Below the pieces are notes generated by a model. That model was given only the letters and a program-made list of their open reading frames with translations. It was not told the origin of the DNA and did no database searches. The position numbers and the translations under genes were made by a program. A DNA stretch of 64,000 nucleotides from contig CAVRVY010000001.1 in the NCBI GenBank assembly GCA_963724765.1, positions 192,001-256,000 on the forward strand, read 5' to 3'. Of this stretch, positions 10,010 through 21,093 are shown one piece after another (position 1 is the first letter of the stretch; each line of letters begins with the position of its first letter). The DNA is from an uncultured delta proteobacterium. GTDB taxonomy: Bacteria; Desulfobacterota; Binatia; Binatales; Binataceae.

Positions 10010-11229
10010 AGCTGATTACCACAGCTGCAGGGTTTGCAAACAAAAGAACACATCTCAAGGTCCTCTCTGGTCTGATCATGGCTTGGCTGGCGCTGAGCGT
10101 GCTTAGCGGATGCGATAGCGCGTCGCCATCTCCGGCCGAAACCAATTCCGTGTCGTCTGAAATAAAAACCGGTTGGTTCATCAGGCCGTCTGAAACGGCA
10201 ACCTTGGTTCATCAGGCCGACGGACCTGAATTGATGGTGATCGCCAATGCTCAAGCCGAGGAAGGGGCGATCGACACTGTAAGGCAGGCGCCACTGCCAG
10301 GCGTTCTGGAAGCGACAGGCCAGGTGACGTTCTACGATAAGCTGGTCTCGACCATCATCTCGCGGCTCACGGGGCGGATTGAGGAAATGCGGAGCTCGCA
10401 ATGGGAGATGGTTCGCCGCGGACAGCTGGTGATGAAGGTGTACAGCCCCGACTACATGTCCGCCGAGGCGGAGTACCTTGCAGCGACCTCCGACGGGAGC
10501 CAAAGCGGCGGCCCCGGCACACAGACCGGGGCCTTCGGCATGCCGGCCGGCGTGAGCATGGCGGCAAGCCTGAAGGAAGCCGCCGTGCGCAAGCTTGATC
10601 TACTGGGCTTTTCACCCGCGGACATCGCCGCGATCCGGACGGCAAGGCCGTCGGTCTGGGTGCGTGCCCCGATCAGCGGAATTATCGTGAGCAAGAATGT
10701 GGTGCGCGGCCAGGCGGTTAACCCCGGCGACCAGCTTTTCGCTTTGGCCACGCTGCAGCGGGTATGGATCACCGCGGACATTTATCAAGACGACCTCGCC
10801 CGCGTGAGTGTTGGACAAAGTCTGGAGGCGGTTACCGCCTCCTATCCAGGAGAAGTCTTCAAGGGCACGGTTCAGAGAATCAGCCCCGCCCTGGATCCCA
10901 ACATCCACACCCTGCAATTGCGCTGTCAGGTCAACAACCCCGGATCCCTGCTTAAGCCGCAAATGCTGGCGCGGGTGCGCCTGGTAACCAGTTCCAGGCT
11001 GGCGCTCGTGATCCCCCAGTCAGCGTTGGTTTTCGATGACAACGCCTACTTTGCGTTCATCGTGACCGGTGCGAACAGCGTCGAGCGCCGACGAGTAGAG
11101 ATCGCCGAATGGAACGAGCCCGGATACGCCCGCGTGCTAAGCGGTATCCAGCCAGGCGACAGATTCCTTACGACAGAATCGGTCAAATTTAACGCCATGT
11201 GGCATGCGGCTCACAGCAAGACCTCATGA
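10006..11229 (+). CDS. RND periplasmic adaptor (CzcB-like) 1
   Basis: ATGA overlap with TolC stop; VRAPISGII, QRVWITADIY, LKPQMLA. Confidence 0.88.
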   Translation: MKLITTAAGFANKRTHLKVLSGLIMAWLALSVLSGCDSASPSPAETNSVSSEIKTGWFIRPSETATLVHQADGPELMVIANAQAEEGAIDTVRQAPLPGVLEATGQVTFYDKLVSTIISRLTGRIEEMRSSQWEMVRRGQLVMKVYSPDYMSAEAEYLAATSDGSQSGGPGTQTGAFGMPAGVSMAASLKEAAVRKLDLLGFSPADIAAIRTARPSVWVRAPISGIIVSKNVVRGQAVNPGDQLFALATLQRVWITADIYQDDLARVSVGQSLEAVTASYPGEVFKGTVQRISPALDPNIHTLQLRCQVNNPGSLLKPQMLARVRLVTSSRLALVIPQSALVFDDNAYFAFIVTGANSVERRRVEIAEWNEPGYARVLSGIQPGDRFLTTESVKFNAMWHAAHSKTS

Positions 11230-11306
11230 GAGCATCAACGTCCGCATAGCGGAGGACCAGTTTTTGGTGGCGAAGGTCGCTCCTGAGCAGACACTTGAGG
11301 ACCGTT

Positions 11307-12464
11307 ATGAGAATGAAAACGCTGTTGAGAATATTGAGGTTTAGCCGGTTAGCGTCAGTGCTCCTTTTGAGCCTGCTCTTTGGATGTGACAGTTCGACGG
11401 TGAGCCGCGCCGCCGCAGAAGTTCCATCATCAGCGCCATCGTCCGGCATACCGCAATTGGTTACCCAAGGCGGCCACCAGGAGTGGATGGTGATCAATCT
11501 CTCCCAGATAGAAGGCCTGTCCGTTGGTAGCGTCCAGGTTATTGCCTTGCCGGGAATACTCGAGGCGGTCGGCCAGGTGAATTTCGACGATCGTCTGGTC
11601 TCAACGATAATCTCGCGGGTCACTGGTCGGTTAGAGGACATCCGAGTCTCGCAATGGGACACGGTGCGCGCTGGCGAGAATATTCTTTCGCTCTACAGCC
11701 CTGATTTCATGACTGCGGAGGCAGAATATCTCGAGGCCTTCTCAAGCCCCCCGCGGATAACAGGCCCGGGGATACCTGCCGGCACCTATGAAATGACGGC
11801 CGACCTGAAGGCCGCGGCGATCAAAAAACTCGAATTGCTTGGCCTCTCGCCCGCCGACATCGCGGGCATCAAGCACGCCACGCCGTCGCGCTGGATGCGG
11901 GCGCCGATCAGCGGAATTGTGGTGACCAAACTTGCCTTGCGTGGCGCACAGGTTAATCCGGGCGACCAACTCTTCTCGCTGGCCTCGCTAGAGCGGGTAT
12001 GGATTACCGTTGACATATATGAAGACGACCTTTCCCGAGTTCATGCCGGCCAAAGTTTAGAAGCCGTCACGCTCGCTTATCCGGACAAAGTCTTCAAAGG
12101 GGTGGTGAACCGTATCAGCCCCAACCTTGATCCCAACTTCCACACACTTCAGCTTCTCTGTCGGATCGAAAACCCTGGGGAGAAACTCAAACCACAGATG
12201 TTGGCTCGGGTGCGGATCGTGACCCACCCCGGTACAGCTCTGGTTGTGCCCCAAACAGCCCTGGTTTTCGACGGCAACGTTTACTACGCCTTCGTGCAAA
12301 CAGGCGCGAACACGGTTGAGCGCCGCAGTGTTGAAATTGCTACGTGGAACGATCAGGGCTACGCCCGCGTAGTGTCAGGGCTCAAGTCTGGCGAGCGCGT
12401 CATAACCCGTAAGTCACTTCAGCTAAACGCCCTATGGCGTGAGGCGCACGGAGAGAGCTCCTAA
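11307..12464 (+). CDS. RND periplasmic adaptor (CzcB-like) 2
   Basis: Paralog of the upstream adaptor (MRAPISGIV, ERVWITVDIY, LKPQMLA); lipobox LFGC. Confidence 0.88.
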   Translation: MRMKTLLRILRFSRLASVLLLSLLFGCDSSTVSRAAAEVPSSAPSSGIPQLVTQGGHQEWMVINLSQIEGLSVGSVQVIALPGILEAVGQVNFDDRLVSTIISRVTGRLEDIRVSQWDTVRAGENILSLYSPDFMTAEAEYLEAFSSPPRITGPGIPAGTYEMTADLKAAAIKKLELLGLSPADIAGIKHATPSRWMRAPISGIVVTKLALRGAQVNPGDQLFSLASLERVWITVDIYEDDLSRVHAGQSLEAVTLAYPDKVFKGVVNRISPNLDPNFHTLQLLCRIENPGEKLKPQMLARVRIVTHPGTALVVPQTALVFDGNVYYAFVQTGANTVERRSVEIATWNDQGYARVVSGLKSGERVITRKSLQLNALWREAHGESS

Positions 12465-12476
12465 GAGGGAAGCGAG

Positions 12477-15400
12477 ATGATCAGGATTCTAATGGACTGG
12501 GCGCTCGCCGAGCGCGCGATCGTTGTAGGGCTTGCGCTGCTCCTTATAATCTCCGGGCTCTATGCATTTCATGAACTGGATATTGAAGCGTATCCCGATC
12601 CGGTACAACCAGATATAGAGATTACTACTCAGCCCTTTGGGTATAGTGCCGAAGAGGTTGAAAAGCTGGCCACCATCCCACTTGAGTGGGGTCTGGCGGG
12701 AATGCGCAACCTCGAAGCAATACGGACTATTTCCCTTTTCGGTTTATCAGACGTTAAGTTGTTCTTCAGCTGGGACAGCGACTACTACTGGGATCGGACC
12801 GACGTCCTTAACCGGCTCGCACTTATAACCCTTCCGTTGCCGGCGGGTATTACTCCTGGCCTCAATCCCGACAATCCGATTGGCGAGATCTACCGCTATA
12901 CCGTCCAGAGTCCCGACCACAATGTGCTGGAGGAAAAGGAGGTCGAGGACTGGATACTTGAAAAGCAATTCAAGACCGTTCCGTGGATCGAGGACGTGGC
13001 TGGTTTCGGCGGTCTGACAAAGGAGTACCACGTCGACGTCGATGCTGAGAAGCTCACTCACTACCAGATGTCGCTGCCTACTCTGATCGGCGCGATCTCG
13101 AATGCCAACATCAACGTCGGCGGCAACTACCTTGACGTGGGCGAGCAAGCTATGGATGTGCGCGGTGTCGGATTCATCCACAGTCTGGACGATATCCGAA
13201 ACATCACGCTCAATACCAGTAACGCGACGCCGGTTCGGGTTCGCGAGTTGGCGGATGTGTCGATCGGCCACGCCCCACGTCTTGGAATTGTAGGCATGAA
13301 CGACAAAGACGAAGTGGTCGAGGGGATCGTGCTGATGCGCAAGTATGGCGATACCCTCAAGGCCCTCGACGGTGTCGAAGCCAAGGCCGAGCAGCTCAAC
13401 ACTTCTGGCATGCTTCCCAAGGGGTACAAAGTCGTTCCATACTATGATCGCAGGGAACTGGTTTATACCACTCTTCGCACCGTATTCGAAAATCTCTCAT
13501 TGGGAATGTTGCTGGTCTTTCTGGTGCTCATCTTCTTCCTCGGCAATCTGCGCACCGCCCTCATCGCGGCCGTTAACATTCCACTGGCGATGTTTGGTGC
13601 CTTCATACTACTATATTTTACCGGGACGCCTGCAAATCTCCTCTCTCTCGGTGCGGTGGATTTTGGCATCATCATCGACTCGACGATTATTGTTGTCGAG
13701 AACATCTATCGCCACATGACCACAGACATTTTGGCAACCGAAGACAAAATGCATTGCATCCGCCGTGCTTCGGTCGAGGTCGGTGGTCCGATGCTCTACT
13801 CAACGTTGATTTTCATCGTTGCTTTTCTGCCTCTGTTCACGATGAAAGGTGTCGAAGGCGTAATCTTCTCACCGATGTCACACACCTATGCGTTCGCGCT
13901 GATCACTGCGATTATTCTCGCCGTGACTCTTACGCCGGTGCTGAGTTCCTATCTTCTGAAAAAAGGAATGAAAGAGACTCACAACATCGTGTGGAGGTCG
14001 TTTCACCGCTTTTATCACAACCTGTTTGTCCGGATCCTGCGATTCCCCCGTCTGACACTTGTGGCGATCGTGCTGATCATGGCCGCGGGGCTCTCCTTTT
14101 TTCCATACCTGGGCGGCGAGTTTCTGCCCAAGCTCGAAGAGGGAAACATCTGGGCCCGTGCGACGCTGCCGCTGACGACCTCGTTATCCAATGCCGATGA
14201 GGTCATGTCAGGCGCGCGCCGAGTATTCCTGTCCTTTCCGGAAGTAACCCAGGTAGTCTCTCAAGCCGGCCGGCCCGACGATGGTTCGGATACGACCGGA
14301 TTTTTCAACCTTGAATTTTTTGTCGATCTGAAGGACCAGGACCAATGGCGGCCGCGCGGCATGACCAAAGATGAACTCGTCTCGAAGATGGCCGATAAAT
14401 TGAACGCGCGCTATCCGGGCGTGAACTTTGGTTTCTCCCAAAACATCGAGGACAACGTCGAGGAAGCTCTTTCGGGCGTTAAAGGGGTTAATTCGATCAA
14501 GGTCTATGGCCCCGATCTAGGCGTTGATGAACGGATCGCCAACCGGATCAAAGAGGTGGTCAGCGGGGTGCCGGGGATGACCGATATGGCAGTATATCGC
14601 GCGATGGGGCAGCCCAACCTAGTGATTACACCCGACCGGGCTGCCTGCTCCCGATACGGATTGAACGTCGGCGACGTCAACGGCGTGGTTCAGGCGGCGA
14701 TCGGTGGACAGGCGGTCACCCAGGTGCTTCAGGGCGAGCGGGCTTTCAACCTCGTGGTCCGTTGGCTGCCGAAATACCGCAATAGCTTGAATGCGATTCG
14801 CCAGATCCGAATCGCGCAACCCTCGGGCGGCTATGTCCAACTTGATCAAGTAGCTGACATCAAAACCGAGGAAGGCGCCTCGTTTATCTATCGCGAAGGC
14901 CTTCAGCGCTACGTGCCGATGCGTTTTAATGTCCGCGGCCGTGACATGCAGACCACCGTCGAAGACGCCAAGCGTGCGGTAGCCAAACAAATCAATTTGC
15001 CTAGAGGCGTTCGCCTCGAATGGCAGGGCGAGTATAGCGAGCTTCAGAAGGCCAACCGGCGCTTCGCAATCGTCGTACCGCTGGCACTACTTTTGATCAT
15101 GGGCATTCTGTACGCCGCAACCACCTCCTTCGTCAATACGGCGATCCTGATGGCGCAAGTTCCGCTGGCCTGCTTGGGCGGCGTATTGGCGCTGGTCATA
15201 ACCGGCACGCCGTTCAGCGTTTCGGCGGCAGTCGGCTTCATTTCAATCTTCGCGATCGCGATCATGGACGGCATATTGTTGAACTTCTACATCCACCAGC
15301 TCTGGGTGCAAGGTTACACCGTGCTTGATTCAATTGTCATGGGCGCTGACCGCCGATTTCGCGCTCTGATGATGACCGCGCTGGTTGACGGTCTGGGACT

Positions 15401-15593
15401 TTTGCCCGCTGCACTCTCGACGCGAATTGGCGCGCAGACTCAGAAGCCCCTGGCAATCGTCGTCATAGGAGGCGCGATATCGATCGCGCTGTTGACCCGG
15501 GTGTTTCATCCAACACTGGTTTACGTTTTTCACAAACAGCTCGGCCTGAGCGATGAGGGTGAACGACTGGAAGCACCGCCATTCGATGAGTGA
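12477..15593 (+). CDS. czcA: CusA/CzcA-family heavy metal efflux RND permease
   Basis: 1038 aa; IEAYPD, GAVDFGIIID...EN (CzcA-type TM4), GGEFLPKLEEG, QKPLAIVVIGG. Confidence 0.9.
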   Translation: MIRILMDWALAERAIVVGLALLLIISGLYAFHELDIEAYPDPVQPDIEITTQPFGYSAEEVEKLATIPLEWGLAGMRNLEAIRTISLFGLSDVKLFFSWDSDYYWDRTDVLNRLALITLPLPAGITPGLNPDNPIGEIYRYTVQSPDHNVLEEKEVEDWILEKQFKTVPWIEDVAGFGGLTKEYHVDVDAEKLTHYQMSLPTLIGAISNANINVGGNYLDVGEQAMDVRGVGFIHSLDDIRNITLNTSNATPVRVRELADVSIGHAPRLGIVGMNDKDEVVEGIVLMRKYGDTLKALDGVEAKAEQLNTSGMLPKGYKVVPYYDRRELVYTTLRTVFENLSLGMLLVFLVLIFFLGNLRTALIAAVNIPLAMFGAFILLYFTGTPANLLSLGAVDFGIIIDSTIIVVENIYRHMTTDILATEDKMHCIRRASVEVGGPMLYSTLIFIVAFLPLFTMKGVEGVIFSPMSHTYAFALITAIILAVTLTPVLSSYLLKKGMKETHNIVWRSFHRFYHNLFVRILRFPRLTLVAIVLIMAAGLSFFPYLGGEFLPKLEEGNIWARATLPLTTSLSNADEVMSGARRVFLSFPEVTQVVSQAGRPDDGSDTTGFFNLEFFVDLKDQDQWRPRGMTKDELVSKMADKLNARYPGVNFGFSQNIEDNVEEALSGVKGVNSIKVYGPDLGVDERIANRIKEVVSGVPGMTDMAVYRAMGQPNLVITPDRAACSRYGLNVGDVNGVVQAAIGGQAVTQVLQGERAFNLVVRWLPKYRNSLNAIRQIRIAQPSGGYVQLDQVADIKTEEGASFIYREGLQRYVPMRFNVRGRDMQTTVEDAKRAVAKQINLPRGVRLEWQGEYSELQKANRRFAIVVPLALLLIMGILYAATTSFVNTAILMAQVPLACLGGVLALVITGTPFSVSAAVGFISIFAIAIMDGILLNFYIHQLWVQGYTVLDSIVMGADRRFRALMMTALVDGLGLLPAALSTRIGAQTQKPLAIVVIGGAISIALLTRVFHPTLVYVFHKQLGLSDEGERLEAPPFDE

Positions 15594-15961
15594 TGAATAG
15601 CATTAGGGAAATCCAATGAAACAGTTGTATGAATACTTGGCGGCCGTGGCTGTCTCGTCGATTAGTCTGTATCCGAGTGCAGCCTGCGCGGCCGGCCGTC
15701 ATGGAGCAAATCACACAGTCTCCGCGGCGATGTATCAACTTTTCAAGCGAACACCCTTTTCAGAATGTCAGTCGTATTGTCAACTTTCCGTGCCCAGCTG
15801 GGACCTGCACCTCGACCGCGCAGACCTATTCCGGACAGGACATCTTCGAGACGGCAACAATCTACACGTGGTGACACTTGAGAATATCAGGGTTTAGAGA
15901 GCGATGCCCCAGAACTGATCAGGACTGATTTTCAGTGCTCGGCCAATGGGAGCTGCAAACG

Positions 15962-16269
15962 ATGGCCAAATTGCTGGTCGTCGAAGACGAAAAGAATATA
16001 CGACTGGGCCTCGCAGCGCTGTACCAGGAACATCGGGTTCAGACCGCGGGGGAGTGCGCACGAGGCTATGGAAATGCTTGCCACAGACGACTTCGATCTG
16101 GTGCTCAGCGACTACCGAATGACCAAAATGAATGGGGCTGGAATTGCTGAGCGAAGTCAAGAGCCGGTTTCCTGACACTACAGTGATATTGATGAGCGCT
16201 CACACTACGTTGAACGTGGTAGCCATTATAAAAGCGGGGACTTACGATTATCTGACGAAGCCATTTTAA
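15962..16269 (+). pseudogene. NtrC-type response regulator receiver fragment, frameshifted
   Basis: MAKLLVVEDEKNIR / FDLVLSDYRMTKMNG / TVILMSAH...YDYLTKPF spread over frames. Confidence 0.75.
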
Positions 16270-16381
16270 CCGATCAGGTCTGAAGGCGCGGTGCTCTGTG
16301 CAAGGTACGCACGTCAACACAAATGAGCGCACCCCCGCTGCTGTGCATGACGTAACCTCTACAGCGAGGGAGGGACAACCA

Positions 16382-16660
16382 ATGGCGTCGGCGGATCTCG
16401 AACTCTGCTACCTGACAGCGACGGAAGCAATCGATCAGTTCAAGGCGAAGAAGTTATCGCCGGCCGAGCTGATGAAAGCTGTGATCGCGCGATGCGAGGC
16501 GGTGAATCCGAAACTCAACGTCCTTACCTAAACGTTCGCCGAGCGCGCGCTCGAGCATGCCAAGGCTTCCGAGGCACGCTATATGAAGGGCCCAGCGCGA
16601 CCGCTCGAAGGCGTCCCGCTCGCGATTAAGGATTTTCATCCGGTCAGGGGCGAGATCACC
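16382..16660 (+). pseudogene. Amidase N-terminal fragment truncated by IS
   Basis: LTATEAIDQFKAKKLSP...VNPKLN, internal TAA, then PLEGVPLAIKD; ends at the IS left end. Confidence 0.8.
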
Positions 16661-17958
16661 TGTGGCTGCTAAAAACCTCGAACGCTCCTAAAAGTCTAGA
16701 GTTTTAGGATGGGCGGCCGTAGTGTGCCGGCATGCTTAAGCTCGTGCGTTCCATCGTCTCGGTCCTTGCCCGCCGATTCCGTAGCCGGGCGGTTCTGGAA
16801 TTGGAGAACCTCGCCCTCCGTCAGCTGCACGTTCTTCGTCGCCAGCGGCCGGGTCGGCCCCGGCTGATCGCGATCGACCGCTTGCTCTGGGTCTGGCTCT
16901 ACCGATTGTGGCCGCGCTGTCTGGCCGCGATGGTGTTGGTCAAGCCGGCCACCGTCGTCCAATGGCACCGTCAGGGCTTCCGCCTGTTTTGGCGCTGGCG
17001 TTCAAGATCAGGACGGCCGTCAATTGATCACGAAGTTCGGGATCTAATTCGGCAAATGAACGCTGCCAACCCGCTCTGGGGGGCGCCCCGGATCCATGGC
17101 GAGCTGCTGAAGCTCGGCATCGAGATAAGCCAAGCCACGGTTGCCAAGTATATGGTGCGAAGACGAGGCAGACCTTCTCCGACCTGGCGTAGCTTCCTAC
17201 TCCATCAGACTCAAGGCATCGCCGCAACCGACATGTTTGTCGTGGCTTGCGCATCGTTTCGGCTGCTGTATGTGATGATCATTCTGGCCCACGATCGCAG
17301 GAAGATTGTGCGATTTGATGTCACCCTGCATCCCACCGCAGGCTGGCTATCGCGTCAGGTGACCGAAGCGTTCCCGTGGGACACCGCTCCGCGCTATTTG
17401 CTTCGCGACCGTGACGCGTCGTACGGCTGGTATTTCCGTAATCGAGTCGAGGCTATGGGAATGACGGAGGTTGTCAGCGCACCTCGATCACCCTGGCAGA
17501 ACGCCTTCGTCGAGCGGGTCATCGGCTCGATTCGTCGCGAATGTCTGGATCACATGGTGATCTTCAACGAGCGCCATCTGCTCCGCGTCCTCTCGTCGTA
17601 CGTCGACTACTACCACCGAACGCGCACGCATCTTTCACTCAACAAGGACTGCCCGGACCCTCGCCCACTCATGCCACCCAGGATCGGAAGAGTCGTCGCC
17701 ATCCCACAAGTCAGTGGCCTGCATCACCGCTACGAACGTCTCGCCGCCTGCTTCGTAACAGCTCTTGCTCACCAACGATTGCGCCATGGCCGGTACGTCA
17801 TCGTCTGAGGATCTCTGTATCCGAGGTTCTTCGATCTCAATCCAAGGCCGACCGTTTTTAGGTTCAGCTTGCGGCCCACTTACTTCAGCGCACCAATTCG
17901 ATGGCAATTCTCGCAGCCGCTGAAATTGCGGCTCCAAATGGTATTTCTAGTAGCGACA
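16661..17958 (+). mobile_element. Near-complete integrase-core (rve) IS with TGT...ACA ends
   Basis: Imperfect terminal inverted repeats TGTGGCTGCTAAAAA / TTTCTAGTAGCGACA; no target duplication visible. Confidence 0.8.
16732..17808 (+). CDS. Integrase core domain transposase
   Basis: NPLWGAPRIHGEL, YLLRDRD, SPWQNAFVERVIGSIRRECLD, GLHHRYERLAA. Confidence 0.9.
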   Translation: MLKLVRSIVSVLARRFRSRAVLELENLALRQLHVLRRQRPGRPRLIAIDRLLWVWLYRLWPRCLAAMVLVKPATVVQWHRQGFRLFWRWRSRSGRPSIDHEVRDLIRQMNAANPLWGAPRIHGELLKLGIEISQATVAKYMVRRRGRPSPTWRSFLLHQTQGIAATDMFVVACASFRLLYVMIILAHDRRKIVRFDVTLHPTAGWLSRQVTEAFPWDTAPRYLLRDRDASYGWYFRNRVEAMGMTEVVSAPRSPWQNAFVERVIGSIRRECLDHMVIFNERHLLRVLSSYVDYYHRTRTHLSLNKDCPDPRPLMPPRIGRVVAIPQVSGLHHRYERLAACFVTALAHQRLRHGRYVIV

Positions 17959-18100
17959 GGGGTCAGGTCAATACGCTGTTATTGCTTCGAATTCTTCCCG
18001 TTCACTCGCTCATAGACCCCGCGGCTCTTTCGCTTCACCATCTTCGCATCAATCCAACGCGTAATGGCCGCGAAGACCTCGGAGGGCCGCTTATCCTTGG

Positions 18101-18512
18101 TCATAGGCACGGCACGGATATGCGAGGCCTTGAACTGCCGGTTTGAAGCAGCCGAATCAGCCGTTCCATGCGCAATCGGCCGCCCGTACAAAGACCGGTG
18201 CGAATGGGTTTTTCCGCCATCCCCCACGCCCCAATCCAGACGTGGAAGGCCGACGTAGTCGCCCTTACCGTGATACCCCACGTTCGAAATAGTGCCACTG
18301 GGTTTGGTTACCTTGATGGCATTTTGGAGAGTCTGTTCGCTCCCCAGAGCCTCAATTGCCGAATAAACGCCTTCTCCGTTAGTGAGTTCCATGCTTCGAT
18401 CAGTTGCGTCTTCCCCGGTGTGATCGACGATAGCGTCGGCTCCATAGATACGGGCCAGCTTTTGCCGTTTGGGCACCGAGTCGATCCCGATCACAAGGCC
18501 CGCGCCACGCAA
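18101..18512 (-). pseudogene. Zn-dependent alcohol dehydrogenase C-terminal fragment
   Basis: GAGLVIGIDS...YGADAIVD...AIEALG...GTISNVGYHG, frameshift, then IRTGLCTGGRLRMERL. Confidence 0.75.
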
Positions 18513-18514
18513 TG

Positions 18515-18530
18515 AGCATCACCTGTGCCA
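18515..18530 (-). promoter_or_regulatory. Sigma-54 promoter-like site
   Basis: TGGCAC-AGGTG-ATGCT on the minus strand. Confidence 0.5.
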
Positions 18531-18667
18531 GATACGGCCAAAGCCGCTGACAAGTCTATGTCCGAGAGTTGGAGACCAGAGAAGATTGTGCCCTTGAGCA
18601 CCACCGAGATTGGCTTGATGATGCTTGCGGACACATTCGAGAACCGGAAGGGACGGTTGTTTGGGTT

Positions 18668-19531
18668 TCAGGTTGACGCCAATGCCTCCGAACCGCTTAT
18701 CAGGTCGAGAATTTCAGTGGTTACGGAATCCTGGCGGAGGCGTTGCATCAGTTTTGTGAGATCGGCGGACTTGTTCTGGATGTTCTGATGCGCGGCTTCC
18801 ATCGCGCGAAAGCGGGTCGAGTTCTCGCTGAAGAACGATTGCATGGCGGCGTTCTCGAGCGTTGCGAAAAAATACTCGCCGACTATCTCATCGAACAATC
18901 GCTGCGGCCGAAGGTTGATGATCGGCGGCAGCGGCGTGGAAGCCGGTTGCACGGCCGCCGGTACCTCGAGCGGCAGCAAGTGACGTCGCTGGATGCGCGG
19001 GAGCTGTGCCCCAGCATATTCTGCATAGACGACATCGACGCCCTCAATGCGGCGCTCGCTGAACATCCGATAGAGTTCTGACGCGACACGGCGTGCAGCA
19101 CCGGTAACTCCCGCGCAATGGGTCGCCATCGGCAGCACCAGGTCCGGACTTACTTCGCGGTCGCGACAGATCTGGGCGCCACGGGTTCCGACCACAATAA
19201 GCGCGAGCCCGCCGCCGCTTGCCGTTCTAGCGCGTTCGGCCTCCCGCAACGGATGCTCATTGAAGCCTCCGCACAGGCCGTGCTCCGCGCAAAACACAAC
19301 GAGTCCGGATTTATTTGGTCGCGCCGCAACTTCAATCGCGCGGGCAGGCGGCAGCAAAGTCGCGGCCTGGGACAAGGCCTCGCGAATCTGGCCGGAGTAG
19401 TCGCGAATCGCTTCGAGCGATCTGAGCGCCTGTTGCATCTGCGATGCGGCCATCGCCCTAATCGCCGCAACTATCTCTAGCAGCTCGTTGAGCGAGGTTA
19501 TTCGAGTAGCGGTTTCGCGTTCCTGGGCCAT
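18668..19531 (-). CDS. atpG: N-type ATPase gamma subunit
   Basis: IVAAIRAMAA, EHGLCGGFN, SENSTRFRAMEAA, RLRQDSVTTEILD. Confidence 0.92.
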   Translation of the reverse strand: MAQERETATRITSLNELLEIVAAIRAMAASQMQQALRSLEAIRDYSGQIREALSQAATLLPPARAIEVAARPNKSGLVVFCAEHGLCGGFNEHPLREAERARTASGGGLALIVVGTRGAQICRDREVSPDLVLPMATHCAGVTGAARRVASELYRMFSERRIEGVDVVYAEYAGAQLPRIQRRHLLPLEVPAAVQPASTPLPPIINLRPQRLFDEIVGEYFFATLENAAMQSFFSENSTRFRAMEAAHQNIQNKSADLTKLMQRLRQDSVTTEILDLISGSEALAST

Positions 19532-19542
19532 CGACTTATCGC

Positions 19543-21093
19543 TTAGCGGCGCGCGGCGTCCGCGTGATTCAAGCGCTCCACCAACTCGCCGACGGCAGTG
19601 ACCAGTGCCGCGCGTGTTTGCGGCTCCAACTCTCCAGTAGCATTAATATGCTGCATCGGTCCCGCGGCGCGCTCGTTCAGCCAGGGTCCGAGTTTCGACT
19701 GAAGCACGCTCACTTTGTCGACCGGAAGCCGGTCGAGCAGCCGCTCGTCGATTGCCACCAGCAAGGCCACCTGATGCGCAACTGACAGCGGCGCGAATTG
19801 CGGCTGCGTGAGGACTGCGCGAATTCGCCGCCCATGCTCGATGATCTCGCGCGTGCGCTCATCCACCATCCCGCCAAAGCGTGTGAAGATTTCCAGTTCC
19901 AGAAATTGCGTGTATTCGAGGCGGAGACGTTCGGCTAGCTTCCGCATCGCATGCGACTGCGTCTTGCCTCCAACACGCGACACGCTCTTGCCAACATTTA
20001 CGGCCGGCTTCTGTCCTTCGTGAAACAACCGCGGTTCGAGAACGATCTGCCCGTCGGTGATCGAAATCAGGTTGGTTGGAATGTACGCGGACAGATTGCC
20101 TTCCTCCGTCGCGGCCAGCGGTAGTGCGGTCAGCGATCCGCCGCCGCGCTCGCGGTTGAGCTTAGCCGCGCGTTCGAGCAGCCGCGAATGGATATAGAAG
20201 ATGTCGCCCGGGTAGGCTTCGCGTCCCGGTGGATTTCGCAACAGCAGCGATAGCTGCCGATAGATCACCGCGTGCTTGCTCAGATCATCGATGATAAGGA
20301 GCGCATCACCGCCGCGTTCCGAGAAATACTCTGCCATCGTACAGGCGGCATACGGCGCCAGCCATTGGATTCCGGGCGGGTCGTCCGAGGGTGCGAATAC
20401 AAAGATGCATCGCTCCGGCGCGCCGTAGCGTTTGACCGCATCGATCACCTGGCTCACGGACGAGGTCTTCTGTCCGACAGCACAGTAGATACATACCACG
20501 CCGGTATCGCGTTGATTGATTATCGTGTCGATCGCGATCGCGGTTTTTCCGGTCTCACGATCGCCGATGATCAGTTCGCGCTGGCCACGGCCGAGCGCCA
20601 GCATCGCGTCGATTACGAGCAGACCCGTATTGAGCGAAGTATCAACGAAATCGCGATCGACAATCGCTGGCGCTGGCCGCTCAACCGGCTCGACTCCCGC
20701 CGCCTCGATCTCGGGACCCCCGTCCACCGGAACGCCGAGTGCGTTCACGGTTCGGCCCAGCAGCTTGTCACCCACCGGCACGCTCGCGACTGAACCCGTT
20801 CCGTGCACCAGATTGCCGGCTCTGATGCTGCTGTCATCGCCAAGCATCCCGCATCCTATTAGATCGGGGTCGAGCGTCAGAACAATTCCGACGACCGGCT
20901 CTCCGCCATCCGAGCGGTCGAAGAGCAACAGTTCACCGAGCCGCGTTTCTGGCAAGCCGCGCACGCTGGCGACATTGTCTCCAACTCGTTCGACGCGGCC
21001 GATCATGTCGAGCCGCGGCTCGGCCTTGAGCTCGCCAAGAAGTCGGCTTGCTCGGCCGAGGCGGTCCTTAACATTTTCAGCCAGCGTGCTCAT
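19543..21093 (-). CDS. atpA: N-type ATPase alpha subunit
   Basis: GRGQRELIIGDRETGKT, PPGREAYPGDIFYIHSRLLER, SITDGQI. Confidence 0.95.
   Translation of the reverse strand: MSTLAENVKDRLGRASRLLGELKAEPRLDMIGRVERVGDNVASVRGLPETRLGELLLFDRSDGGEPVVGIVLTLDPDLIGCGMLGDDSSIRAGNLVHGTGSVASVPVGDKLLGRTVNALGVPVDGGPEIEAAGVEPVERPAPAIVDRDFVDTSLNTGLLVIDAMLALGRGQRELIIGDRETGKTAIAIDTIINQRDTGVVCIYCAVGQKTSSVSQVIDAVKRYGAPERCIFVFAPSDDPPGIQWLAPYAACTMAEYFSERGGDALLIIDDLSKHAVIYRQLSLLLRNPPGREAYPGDIFYIHSRLLERAAKLNRERGGGSLTALPLAATEEGNLSAYIPTNLISITDGQIVLEPRLFHEGQKPAVNVGKSVSRVGGKTQSHAMRKLAERLRLEYTQFLELEIFTRFGGMVDERTREIIEHGRRIRAVLTQPQFAPLSVAHQVALLVAIDERLLDRLPVDKVSVLQSKLGPWLNERAAGPMQHINATGELEPQTRAALVTAVGELVERLNHADAARR

Noticed and set aside
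15616-15897. 93-aa ORF after czcA with a signal-like start
   Set aside because: No family motif; lies in a decayed region.
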